A stretch of DNA of 63,605 nt, the filler included, from Octopus bimaculoides (taxonomy: Eukaryota), in the NCBI RefSeq assembly GCF_001194135.2. It is 6 parts of 6 records of this genome, joined end to end, with 100 filler letters (N's around TTAATTAATTAA, not from the genome) between each part and the next. Parts side by side here need not be neighbours in the genome. Positions count along the whole stretch, not along the records: positions 19,677 to 27,330 come from NC_068995.1; positions 27,431 to 49,350 come from NC_068986.1; 4 more parts are not named here. The stretch is one strand, 5' to 3'. A program made the translations under genes and the position numbers. This document shows positions 26,416 to 38,706 of the stretch, in pieces (positions within the stretch are counted from its first letter, which is position 1; each line of letters begins with the position of its first letter). The notes below the pieces were generated by a model, which searched no databases, had not been told where the DNA came from, and worked only from the letters and a program-made list of their open reading frames with translations.

Positions 26416-26831
26416 AGCCACATGTTTTCACATAAAATATGGCAGAAGTGAGCAGTCGTTAGGTTTGTAGATGAGTGACTTGCAAAGAATGTGACAATGT
26501 ACAAACAAATTTGCGGTGGATAAATAAAAGGCTTGCGTATTCGTGTTGGAATATGGGAAGTTGGTCAATTTCACTGTATAGACAGATCTGTCTATGGTGT
26601 ATAAGAAGGAGAGTTAGTGCAACGCATTAGGATTGAACCATAAGCAAATGTATTGCTATAAAGAAAGCAGATCAGTTTTAATGTATAAGTAGATCTCTAT
26701 CGCCAGTAAATATAGGAAGGGCAGTTAATCTTGTGCATTGCAATTAAACTGTCGACAATGGTGTCAAGCATAAGCAAGCGGTCAATTATCCATATTTAGA
26801 ATAAAAGATAAAGAATGAGAAAAACACTTAC

Positions 26832-26843
26832 CGTGCCAAAATA
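26832..26843 (-). CDS. 12-nt micro-exon (YFGT)
   Basis: aattattatatttcag|TATTTTGGCACG|gtaagt. Confidence 0.7.
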
Positions 26844-27099
26844 CTGAAATATAATAATTAAGAGATTGTAGTATGTATGTGTTTGTATATATATATATAT
26901 ATTCAATCGATCAATGATAATATTACATCAATTTGAAATGAACTGCTCTCCTCAAATGCAGACGACCTGGACGATTAAATGGAGCCGCTTGAAACGGCCG
27001 CAATGCACTGATACCTGGATATCCTCGTTACTAATTTGCTTTTTACTCACCTAACTTCGAGCTACGTGGACTATACCGAACTGGCTTGGTGTCTTAATA

Positions 27100-27305
27100 T
27101 AAGTACCTAATCCAACTGAATGAAGTCTTTTGACATGTCGTTTTAATCCCCCAGCTGAACGGTAAACCATTCCACAGGTTGCACGCGTTCTGTAGTCAAC
27201 AATAGCTGTATCATAATTTACAAGGGGTCGATTCCCACGACTACTTTGACGGACAGCCAGGCCTGCATGACTTAAGCATTTCCTCTTACAAATCACACAC
27301 GTAAA
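27100..27305 (-). mobile_element. Two degenerate C2H2-like fingers, probably an RTE C-terminal remnant
   Basis: FTCVICKRKCLSHAGL... and TCGMVYRSAGGLKRHVKRLH. The RTE assignment is an inference. Confidence 0.45.
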
Positions 27306-27330
27306 ATTCAATACTCCTTCATATATATAT

Positions 27331-27430
27331 NNNNNNNNNNNNNNNNNNNNNNNNNNNNNNNNNNNNNNNNNNNNTTAATTAATTAANNNNNNNNNNNNNN
27401 NNNNNNNNNNNNNNNNNNNNNNNNNNNNNN
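27331..27430. other. Synthetic scaffold spacer
   Basis: Same 44+12+44 design. Confidence 0.92.
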
Positions 27431-27461
<31 letters not shown>

Positions 27462-28019
27462 CACGCACGCACAAAAACAAACATACACATATATGTATGT
27501 ATGTATGTATATTTTCGCTTGTTAGAAATGCATTTCAGAAAGCAATATCGGGTTGGATAATGTTTAAGTAGACGCGATGACTTCACAATTGCTTCTTCTA
27601 AATTGATCATTCCAGGAGAGAAACATTTAAAATGTCTAAAACTGATCGTATCTATTACGTGTATATGTACATGAAGATAGGTAGATTTATGTATACATAA
27701 AAATATATACGTATAAACTTTACATTTATATATGCATATATCCATTCACAAGTCACACTCGTCAGTTTCTGTCAGTTTCTCTCTACATTTGTGTATCCAC
27801 TCGTATACATATACATACACACACACACACACATACACACGTACACACGTACACCTATATCTTTATATGTGTATGTATGCATGCATATATGTAAGTATGT
27901 ATATATATGCAGCCCTCAACTACTACCATTTTCCTACGCTTATTAAGGAAATAATTACCAGCTAATATGGAGACATCCAGGTACGCATCTAAACAGCACA
28001 CTTTAGAACTCGGTGGCAA

Positions 28020-29237
28020 TATCTGGAGAAAAAAATTATAACTTACTGCACAAATTCTCTGACCCCTTTCATTCGGGGCATAAATCTTGTCATATCAGCT
28101 GCTGATAAGCAAGCCCAAGACCCAACAATGGAATCACGCAGCCGTCAACATCCGATAAGGGGCTTCATGAATGGTCCCACGTTGACAAGTACATGTGCGG
28201 AGGGAGAATGGGAGCGGGCTCCACTTGATCACATGGCAACATTGGCTAGAATGAAGTTTAAGCCCCCCAAAACTAGTAGTATTGGTGGTCAGGACAGGCA
28301 AAATAACAAACAAAATCAAGCTGCAAGTGGAAGGAGAGGCCTTCCCATCAGTTGAAGGAAATCTGATCGGATACCTTGGAACGAGGTTTGAATTCACTCT
28401 AGAACAGTAGCAATGTCCCCAATACTGAGAAGCAAGCAGAGGGCCGGCTGAGGAGGATTGAAATAACAGGGCCCCCAAGAAAATACAAGGCATAGCTTTA
28501 CCAACACGGACTCATATTTTTATTGACACATATGAGACTCAAATGACAAGTGTGGAAATGGTGGAGAGGACGATAAAGAAATATCCCTGAAAGTAGTTAG
28601 GTGCCTCTACCAAGCTTCCTTTTAATAGGCCGGTACATAAAATCTGAACAGCTACAACTGTCATCCGTAGTGGAGGAATTCAAACTGGCAAAATGTAATG
28701 TGGTAATGAATTACAGAGATTCGAAAGATGTGTTTGTCAGACATGCAACCATTACAAGGTCCGATGGAAAGTGGATAGTTAGCACCACAGTGGTTCATGC
28801 TGAAGGCATGCTGGAGCTACGCGACGTCATTGAAATTACAGGCAGACGTCGCTAAGGTCTCGGTTCTTTCCATTTCTGACAATGGCAGAAGGTGGGTTTC
28901 AGGGGGTGAAGGCCCATGATCCAGACAGAAGTGTGATGCCAGGAGGAAGAAAGAACATCAAGAGCTGTGGATCTGGTATCTCAGGGTGCCTGGATTCGAT
29001 GGGACCTCCTGCAGAGGGAGGTCACATAGGCAGAAAGAGATGCGAAATGATTTCGCATCTCTTTCTGCTGCGGGTGGTGTATGAAAACTCTCCCAACACC
29101 AACAAACTTGTATAGATGGCGTTTGAGGGAAGACCAGTTGTGTAGACTTTGTGGTGAAAGAGGTATGCTGGCATACATCATTTCAGGATGCAGAATTGCC
29201 CTTTCTCAAGCAAGATATAAGTGACACCATGATAGGG
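28020..29237 (+). mobile_element. Decayed RLE-type non-LTR retrotransposon fragment (HERO/NeSL-like)
   Basis: ARMKFKP, LQLSSVVEEFKLAKC..V..YRDSKD, LP.PTNLYRW, CRLCGERG.LA.I.SGC..ALSQ.RY..HHDRV; frameshifted. Confidence 0.8.
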
Positions 29238-29242
29238 TATAT

Positions 29243-29468
29243 ATATATACTTTATTTAAAAGCAGCAGAAATATAACAAAAGACTGTTACTCTGAGTATC
29301 ACGTTCTTGTTCATCTAACAAAACTGTCCGATGAACGGGAACGTGAAACTCAGAGTAACAGTCTTTTGTTATATTTCTGCTGCTTTTAAATAAAGCATAT
29401 TACTCTACCTCTGGTATTTGAGTACACTTCTTTCCACCTTGTTGCACATTCCATGTGCTTACTCCGGT
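29243..29468. mobile_element. Penelope-like terminal-repeat remnant with an inverted partial copy (about 70-bp hairpin), flanked by (TA)n
   Basis: 29246-29315 is the near-perfect reverse complement of 29330-29399; contains the hammerhead motif; (TA)n on both sides. Confidence 0.55.
29316..29371 (+). ncRNA. Minimal type I hammerhead ribozyme motif (Penelope-like element type), U4C core variant
   Basis: Stem I taacaaaactgt/acagtcttttgtta; core CCGAUGA (29328-29334); stem II ACG-GGAA-CGU; GAAA; palindromic stem III ACUC-A-GAGU; predicted GUA cleavage after 29357. Confidence 0.65.
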
Positions 29469-30182
29469 ATATATATATATATCTATCTATCTATATATNN
29501 NNNNNNNNNNNNNNNNNNNNNNNNNNNNNNNNNNNNNNNNNNNNNNNNNNNNNNNNNNNNNNNNNNNNNNNNNNNNNNNNNNNNNNNNNNNNNNNNNNNN
29601 NNNNNNNNNNNNNNNNNNNNNNNNNNNNNNNNNNNNNNNNNNNNNNNNNNNNNNNNNNNNNNNNNNNNNNNNNNNNNNNNNNNNNNNNNNNNNNNNNNNN
29701 NNNNNNNNNNNNNNNNNNNNNNNNNNNNNNNNNNNNNNNNNNNNNNNNNNNNNNNNNNNNNNNNNNNNNNNNNNNNNNNNNNNNNNNNNNNNNNNNNNNN
29801 NNNNNNNNNNNNNNNNNNNNNNNNNNNNNNNNNNNNNNNNNNNNNNNNNNNNNNNNNNNNNNNNNNNNNNNNNNNNTATATATATATATATATATATATG
29901 GAGAGAAATGCTTAAACACACACACTCACACACACATATATATATATTTATAGATAGATAGATAGATAGCTCGAGAGATACTGAAAGGATGAGAGAGAGA
30001 ATGATAGAGAGAAAGAAAGGGAATACATAACATGACACATTCATAGACAGAGTGAGAGGGGGGAATAGCGAGGGAGAGCGAGTGAGAGAGAGCGAGTGAG
30101 AGAGAAAGCTAGTGAGACTGAGAGAGAGTCGCCTGAGAACAACTCCCTATTTTGTACATCAATTTAAATTTTTTTTCCACAC

Positions 30183-30249
30183 CTTCTGTTGGTATTTCGA
30201 CATAAAACTGCCATATCTATAATAAGCATAATAAAATATCGAATCATGA
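30183..30249 (-). CDS. Candidate 67-nt exon, phase 2-0 (HDSIFYYAYYRYGSFMSKYQQK)
   Basis: Strong acceptor atcttttattttcag; donor AAG|gtgtgg is weak. Ends in phase 0, compatible with the 12-nt array, but lies across a synthetic join. Confidence 0.45.
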
Positions 30250-30864
30250 CTGAAAATAAAAGATTTAAATATTGAAAGAAATTAAATTAAGAGGCTTAGC
30301 CTTTACAATATTGCTCACATAAACAATTTTCATTTCTCAAGTCTTTTATTATGTGAAATAACTTAAGAGCTGCCCTCTAAAAAATGTTGCAAATTTCAAT
30401 GACACACCGTTTTATGCCGGCTCCTTCTGTATGTCAGTGGGAATTTATATTGTTTCTCCTTGTCTCTATTTCTCACTCTCTCTGCTTCTCTTTTCTCCAT
30501 CTCTCTTTCTCCCTTTCACCCTCTGTTTCCCCTCGGTCACCCTCTATTTTGATTTGTCTTTCCGTTTATGTGTTTTCTTTCTAATACTGCAATGTGTTCC
30601 TCGCTTTCCGAAGCCTCTTCAATTCCCACCTCTTACATTTCTCGCAGTTCCATTCTTATGGAACAGCAAATGTTTGTTTTCATTTCGAATTTTCTATCAA
30701 TCTTCCTATATCTATGTCTAGGTCATTAAATGTTCATATGAGACATTTAAAATATCGCTAAATAGTCTTAACAAATATAATATGATTTCCTAGTACGCGA
30801 CATACACACAAACACACTATATCTATATCTATCTATTATATCTATATCTATCTATTATATATGT

Positions 30865-31270
30865 ATATATACTCTTTACTCTTTTACTCTTTTATATGTT
30901 TCAGTCATTTGACTGCGGCCATGCTGGAGCACCACTTTTAGTCGAGCAAATCGACCACAGAACTTATTCTTTGTAAGCCTAGTACTTATTCTATCGGTCT
31001 CTTTTGCCGAACCGCTAAGTTACGGGATGTAAACACACCAGCATCGTCAAGCGATGTTGGGGGACAAACACAGACACACAAACACATATATATGCGTATA
31101 CATATATACGACGGGCTTCTTTCAGTTTCGGTCTACCAAATTCACTCACAAGGCTTTGGTCGGCCCGAGGCTATAGTAGAAGACACTTGCCCAAGATGCC
31201 ACGCAGTAGGACTGAACCCGGAACAATGTGGTTGGTAAGAAAGCTACTTGCCACACAGCCATTCCTGCGC
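30865..31270 (-). mobile_element. tRNA-derived SINE family B, full length
   Basis: Head gtggctgtgtggcaagtagc...gttccgggttcagtcc; body ggcaagtgtcttctactatagcctcgggccgacc; 3' ggtgctccagcatggccgcagtcaaatgactgaaac; (AAAGAGTA)n tail. Confidence 0.85.
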
Positions 31271-31358
31271 CCAGATAGATAGAGATATAGAATAGCAGAC
31301 AGACAGACAGACAGGCAGACATACATACAGACAGACAGACAGGCAGACAGATAGATAG

Positions 31359-31411
<53 letters not shown>

Positions 31412-31482
31412 GAAAGAGACAGACAGATATAAAATAAGTAAATAAAGAACATTTCTGTTAGGTTTCTCTTCCTGTTTATTAC

Positions 31483-31502
31483 GGAATTCTCCCTCCGATA
31501 GG
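31483..31502 (-). CDS. Candidate 20-nt micro-exon, phase 0-2 (PIGGRI+P)
   Basis: tctttatttatttag|CCTATCGGAGGGAGAATTCC|gtaata. Its phase-2 end matches the phase-2 start of the 67-nt exon. Confidence 0.45.
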
Positions 31503-31699
31503 CTAAATAAATAAAGAACAATTTTTTCTTATATCAATGACTTTAAATACAGAGTAGAGTTGCTATATATATCCAGTATAATAGTATATTATCATTCATA
31601 TTTATTTACACGTTTTATTACAGTCTCTAGATTAAGTAAGACACTGATACCTGATTTATATACCTATATATTGTTACTGTGTGTTACTATAATAGATCC

Positions 31700-31992
31700 A
31701 ACAGCCACCGTGGTTCCCACTTCTCGTACCTCGGCTCTTTTTCCTCGTTCCTAAAATTAAATGTCGCTTGAAAGGAAGAAGATTTCAGGCAATCAAATTG
31801 AATGCGACGAGGCATCTGGTGTTTATCCCATAAAACGAGTTCGAGAAATGCTTCCCACAATGCAAACAGCGCTGGATCAAGTGTGTATCTTCCGAAGGGG
31901 ACTATTTTGAAGGAGAACAAATGCCAAATTGGTACGTGTTGTAGTTTTGCTATTATAGCACCAGTCCGGACACTTATTGGTCAGACCTCGCA
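31700..31992 (+). mobile_element. mariner 3' end with right TIR
   Basis: FLVPKIKCRLKGRRF...RWIKCV..EGDYFEG, then gtccggacacttattggtcagacctcg. Confidence 0.75.
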
Positions 31993-31993
31993 C

Positions 31994-32030
<37 letters not shown>

Positions 32031-32728
32031 GATATGCAGGGCAGGGAATCATCAATTAGTAATAAAATTAATAATTAACAATTCTGCCGGGTAGCTCAGT
32101 ATGAAAAAAACCTTCTTCGGTAAATAATTTATAATCATAAATATATAGGGATTGACAGTAACCTGCTTCTCCAACATACTGAGAATTCAGAAATAGCAGT
32201 CAAAGAACTACTGATTTCAAAACTACAAATTATTACTCCAGATTGATAGCGATATTTTTGATACACACAGAACAAAAAACAATAGAGAAGAGTAAAAAAC
32301 ACTTGCCTTTAGTTAATTTAGTACAATTGTTTCACAGTTAAGAGTACATAATACTCTATTCTGATCTTCNNNNNNNNNNNNNNNNNNNNNNNNNNNNNNN
32401 NNNNNNNNNNNNNNNNNNNNNNNNNNNNNNNNNNNNNNNNNNNNNNNNNNNNNNNNNNNNNNNNNNNNNNNNNNNNNNNNNNNNNNNNNNNNNNNNNNNN
32501 NNNNNNNNNNNNNNNNNNNNNNNNNNNNNNNNNNNNNNNNNNNNNNNNNNNNNNNNNNNNNNNNNNNNNNNNNNNNNNNNNNNNNNNNNNNNNNNNNNNN
32601 NNNNNNNNNNNNNNNNNNNNNNNNNNNNNNNNNNNNNNNNNNNNNNNNNNNNNNNNNNNNNNNNNNNNNNNNNNNNNNNNNNNNNNNNNNNNNNNNNNNN
32701 NNNNNNNNNNNNNNNNNNNNNNNNNNNN

Positions 32729-32759
<31 letters not shown>

Positions 32760-33325
32760 GAAGGAGAGAGACAGTGACAGAGACAGAGATACATAGATTG
32801 ATATAGATATGTATGCATGTGTATATGTATGTGTGTGTGTTTTCATGTGTTTTCATGTGTGTTTGTGCCCATGTACGTGCATATTTAAGTATGTTATGCA
32901 TAAAGTGAAAATTGTTGATCGGATATAAAAAAAGAAAACCAGCAGAAAATAATTAACTTTGATCTGATATATTTCAAACCAGTTTTCATAACTTGCAGGT
33001 AATTTTATTCAAGCCTTGATTGCGTCTGCATAATAACTAATATTTAATTTAATTAGACGGTTCAATAGTTTCTTAATCAATCTTAATATTTATCGTTTCG
33101 AAAATCTCAATCAATTGGTTTCATCATTTGTAATGATCACGATCTAATTTGTGTTCATCTCATAGCACTTAATGATGATAGGTTACTTCAGGTTTTGATC
33201 GTAGACTACGATAAATCTTGTGACTGTAGATTTTAATTGTGTACGATATTATATATTACGTTATACATGCGTAGTATTTAAACACTATGGCACATATCAT
33301 AAAGATACATTTGTCCTGCATTTAC

Positions 33326-33334
33326 TGCGCATTT
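33326..33334 (-). CDS. Candidate 9-nt micro-exon (KCA)
   Basis: ctattttattcctag|AAATGCGCA|gtaaat. Confidence 0.4.
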
Positions 33335-33360
33335 CTAGGAATAAAATAGCTACATATGAA

Positions 33361-33505
<145 letters not shown>

Positions 33506-33835
33506 GTGCTAAAAGCAACCTTGAAAAGAGGAAAACTAGTTAAGAGTAGCAACATCACACTAGATAAAGCAAATAAAATGAAAGAATTAGACCAAAGCCA
33601 GACATACAAATATTTAGGAATCAATGAACTAGATGGGATACAAAACACAAATGAAAGAGAAAAAATACAATGCTACAGACGAGTTAGATTAATACTGAAA
33701 ACAGAGCTCAATGTGAAAAACAAGATAATAGGCATCAAAACTTTAGTCGACCCAGTTATAAGGTACAGCTACTATATCCTTAACTGGACACTAAATGAAC
33801 CAATGAAAAATAGACATCAAATAACCAAAAGAAAA
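33506..33835 (+). mobile_element. Second R4/Dong-like RT/thumb fragment
   Basis: ELDQSQTYKYLGINE...YRRVRLILKTELN.KNKI..I.TL..PV..YS, paralogous to 35870-36070. Confidence 0.8.
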
Positions 33836-33968
33836 AGAATGAAAAGTGGTCAAGGGGAGATAATAAAGAAATTAAGGTCTTCTCCCGTGCCCTGCATTTT
33901 CCCACAAATAAATCTAATACTGAATAAACCTACTTAAACTAGAAAAGGAAGCACCTTGATGTAAGACC

Positions 33969-36935
33969 CTACATAGATAGTAACAAACTTGCCAACGCTA
34001 GAATAGACATCGTGAAAAAGAAATTACCATCTGAAGTAGAGATTGTCCCAATTAGACAATCAGAACGGGAGAAAAAGAACGAAGTTGCAGCTAAAGAAAC
34101 TACTACTAAGGTAGTAATTACAGAACAGCTTAGGTCTGATGAAAATGCAGTAATGATAGAAAGAGTCAATGTAACTGATATGCAAAATGAAATACTCTCT
34201 GAACCAGCCATAACCACAAAGGCAGATGAAAATCAAATGGATGAAGAAAGTCACACAGAAATGGACTCAACTGAACTATGTTGATCTAAAAAATCAAATC
34301 TTGATTGAACGGCTGAAAATTAAAGAAACCAATACGAAAAATTCGCAACTCTAACCAAAACCTGAAAGTAGTTGGCAAAATCCGCCTTGCACTTGAGGAT
34401 ATAATTTCATCTAATGATGTTGATATTACAGATCTCAATCACCTGGGCTATACATCCAGGAAGATCTCAACGATTCTAAATGGTTACAAGATTAGAAAAC
34501 GACAAAATTCTCACAAACACTATTTGACAAGAGCGTATTCAACACCAAATTCAGTTACTTAGGTCTGACAAAGAATGTTTAAAAAAACTTTAAGTTTGAC
34601 AAGAATATCAAACCAAAAAAATCCGAAAATTAAAGAAAACGTATATGAAAATGTTACTTTACATCGATACCATCACAGAAACTATGAAACAAAGGTATCT
34701 CCTAAAGCTCCTCGCATAGCACGGTATTAAAAGCGCGTTAGGTTCTTCAAGCACATGTTCAAAAATAACCCCAAAAATTTTTATATGAAGAAGGGAAAAT
34801 ACCAGTTACAGTACAGTTTGTTCCATCAAAAGAAGAAGTGCAGGAATTTTGGAATAAAATTTCGGCAGAAGGAAAAACGCCCAATAAAAAGACCCCTTTT
34901 ATTGGTAGAATGTCTACTGATATAGACTCCTTAGAAGAGCAAAAGTGGAAGGGTATCAAGGTAGATGTAAGATCTGCTCACAGGAAATCAAGCAAATGAA
35001 AGTCTCTAGGAAAGGATAAAATTCCTAATTTCTGATTCAATGCCTTCCCAGAGAGTCATGAACTGCTAACAAAACTTTACAATAATGTTTTGTAACAACC
35101 TAGTACGACTCCTTCTTGGCGAGTTAATGGTGTTATATTTCTTCTTCCAAAAAGCGAAGAAAAAAATGAACCAAAAAATTATAGACCCATAACCAGTTTA
35201 ACAACGATGTAAAAAATGTTAACATTTGTCTTACCTGAATACACCTACAGTTTTTTTAAATAGAAATTGGCATCTTCCCTAATGAGCATAACGGATGTAA
35301 ACGTGGGTACTACGGTTGTAAAGGTCAGCTACTCATCAATAAGATGATTTTGGAAGATTGTCACAAAGAACTCAAGAACTTGTCGATAATCTGGATAGAC
35401 TATAAAAAAGCTTTTGGTAATCTACCACATAGCTGCATTAAGAAACGTCTGGAAATGTATAAAATAGCACCTTCTCTGCGAAACGCTTTATATATAAGTA
35501 TGAGATCATGGAGAACTACCCTGACTTTGAACAGTGACAATGAATCTCTCAGTGCTGGAGATGTAAGAACAACATGTGGCATTTTCTAGGGTGACTCTCT
35601 ATCACAACTCCTCTTTTGTCTAGCCTTATTACCTCTCTCAAAATTGCATCAAATGTCTGATAAGAATTTAAATCATCTCGTTTACATGGATGATTTAAAG
35701 CAGTTCACAAAACATGACCAACAACTACAGGTCTTACCAGTAATTTTTAAACTCTTCAGTGATGACATCAGAATACAATCTGGCCTCGATAAATGTGCAG
35801 AAACTACCTTTATCACACTTAAAATGGTAGAAACGTCCAACCTTAATCTTGACCAAGAGAATGTCATAAAGGAGTTTGAACCAACGGAGAGCTACAGATA
35901 TCTAGGGGCATCTAAAGGTGATGGAATCAGACACTCAATGATGAGGGAAAGGACCAGAAAAGAATGTTATCGCAGAATAAAGGCAATACTCAAGACAGAG
36001 CTGAATGCAAGAAGCAGGATGGAAGCAATCAATACTTTAGCCATTCCGGTCGTGACTTACAGTTTCACCATTATTAACTTGTCAGTTATAGAAATATATA
36101 ATCCTCACAGAAAAATACGAAAGCTGTTGGCAATGCATAAAATGCCCCACCCTAAGGCAGATATAGAACGACTTTACCTGCCAAGAAAAGAGGGTGGCTG
36201 TGGACTTTTACAACTGGAATTAACAATGAAGATTGACACAATTGTCTTAAACACCTACCTGAAAAACTCTGATGACTGGATGTTAAAACAAGAAGACATC
36301 ATATTCAGTAAAAAAAAAAAAAAAGCAGGCCAAGCAATATCTAAGTGAATTTCAAATACTACAAATCAAAGATTCACACGTACTGGAGACAAGCACAGAA
36401 AAAGCTAAACGTATGAAAACCCGTGCTAAAGCTGCTACCTTAAATATTCTTAGTGATAAACAGCAAGAAAAACTTCTGAATGGCAAATACCCAAAGAGAG
36501 CTAATAATGCTGATGTTGACAAAGCCCTTACCCATCAATGGTTAGTGTCTCCTGCCTTAACATCATCAGAGACAGAATGGTTTATCATATCAGCCCAAAA
36601 TCAATCCCTACCTACAAGGAGCTACCAAACCAGCATATTAAAGAATGGCTGCAGCTCAACATGTCATGTATGTAAATATCAAAATGAAACCATCGATCAT
36701 GTTGACTCCATGTACAGTTTTGTTGCCCCTACAGAGCATCTCAACAGGCATGACAGAGCAGCACAGTATATTCACTGGGTAATTTGCAAAAACTTGGACC
36801 TGCCCCGTGAATGAACTGGTTGGAATCCAGACCACCTCTGATGCTTGAAAATGACCACATCTCACTCATCTGGAACTTCACCGTTCAAACTGACAGAAAG
36901 ATAGATGCGAATAGTGCAGACATTATATTAAAGGA
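33969..36935 (+). mobile_element. Decayed R4/Dong-like non-LTR retrotransposon (RT + zinc knuckle + restriction-like endonuclease)
   Basis: Motifs IWIDYKKAFG, F*GDSLS (35583-35603), NHLVYMDDLK, RYLG, RLYLPRKEGGCGL, C..C....ETIDH, RHD..A..IHW and DRKIDANSADII; multiple stops and frameshifts. Confidence 0.9.
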
Positions 36936-36944
36936 GTTGAGATT

Positions 36945-37160
36945 AATATTGGTTTCAAATTTTGGCACAAGGCCAGCAATTTGTTTGGAGGTAGGTCGAA
37001 AATATTTACCCCAGTGATCAACTGGTAAATATTTTATTGACCCTGGAAGGATGGAATATAAAAGTGAATCATAGCAGATTTTGATCTCATAAGTAACAGC
37101 AGATGAAATGCCGCTAAGCATTTTGCCCGGTGTGCTAAAGATTCTGCCAGCTTATCATCT
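36945..37160 (-). mobile_element. SINE family A, truncating the R4 element
   Basis: gatgaaatgccgctaagcattttgcccggtgtgctaaagattctgccagct. Confidence 0.65.
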
Positions 37161-37911
37161 TCCTTACGGTTAATATTAACTCGGTTAAATTATCCACAAT
37201 GATTTCCAGATATGGTTATTTTTTTACACACACACACACACATATATATATATACGCTTGCCATGTTGTGCATGTCTCTGTACGTGTGCTTTTGCGTACA
37301 TACACAGGATCGAACACAGACATAATCACTCACACATACACTCACATACATACACACGTACATCCATATATGTATATATATATATATCCCTCGGGGGTGC
37401 CTCATCAATTTATCTGACTATTTTCAGTTTAAATTTTATGTTTGTTTTATTACCTTCATCACAATTATCATCATCTTCAATGTTTCTATCTTTGTATCGA
37501 TTTATATTATCACTGAGTTACTTATCTTTCATTTTTATTTTTCTCCTTATTCTATTTCATCATCACCTCTTCCAACTATATGACTAATTTGTTAATAATT
37601 TATAACCTATTATTGGTATTAATCTATCTCCCTATGCAAATATTTACTTAATCAATGTCACAAACCTAACTCTGTGATTCCCCGAAGTATTCTTTGACAA
37701 TCAAATTGCCCTTTTGTCGGAAATGAACTGTTTTAATAAAATTTATAACTATTCATTTTCAATATTTTTACTACTTTGAATACTACTTAGAAGTTCTGAA
37801 TACGAAAATCCTAAGTGTAGAATATACATTCATTTATAATGAGTTGTACAATATATTAGGAGAATACGCCATAGAACAATGCGGAAACAAATTCAACATA
37901 ACAGTAAGAGG

Positions 37912-38530
37912 CTCGACTGAAAGGTATATGAGCTGACCAAGATCATGTTATAAAATATGACCAAATGAGGTCTTTCTTTCAAGATAGTCCCTCCTGCGGT
38001 CCACACACTCCTTCCATTGGTGTTGCAGTGTTTGGATTCCATTGTAAAGAAGCTTTCATCGTGTTGGTCAGAAAGTCATCAACAGCGCATATGATGTCAA
38101 CATCACTGCGATACCGTTTCTACACCAAGTTTATTTTCATGTTATGGAAGAGATGATACCCAGGAGTGTATGGAAGGTAACCAGGAGTCATGCACAGCGG
38201 CCATTGAAACCAAGGACTTGCGTGCTGGAGCATTGTCCAGATTAAACGAGACATCATTCGTTTGTTTTTCTGGGCGTTTGATCTGGATAGCCATTCGTAA
38301 CTACCTCAGCAAATTGGCATAGTACTCTCCATTCATGGTGTAGACCTTTTCGAGATAGTCCATAAATATGATGTCTTTTGCATTAACAAAAACTTACGCC
38401 GTCATCTTCCCAGCAGATGAAACAAACTTGGCTTTCTTTGAAGCAGATCAGTCAGGTGGGGTGTTTCTACTGCGTGGATCATTTTGTCTGACTCAGAATG
38501 ACTAACACAAAATTCATCCTGGATTGGGAG
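37912..38530 (-). mobile_element. mariner transposase 3' half, decayed
   Basis: KKAKFVSSAGKM...DYLEK..TMNGEYYANLL..LR.AI..KRP....DNAPA.KSLVSMAA; terminal repeat-like end near 37915. Confidence 0.85.
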
Positions 38531-38706
38531 ATATTCAAGGGTATGTATTGTTATATATATATATATATAATTCGTTTATGGTGACGTTAGGGATATGCAA
38601 ATAGAGCTCCTATTTCATTTTCTGGCTATCGTCTAATGATACTGAATTAATTTTTTTCATTTTATTGATGTTGCATCGTTGTTATACCGATATAATGTAG
38701 GAAAAA

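Noticed and set aside
28037-28048. 12-nt segment with GTAAGT donor on the minus strand (RICA)
   Set aside because: The acceptor is purine-rich (gaaaggggtcag) and it lies within a LINE remnant.
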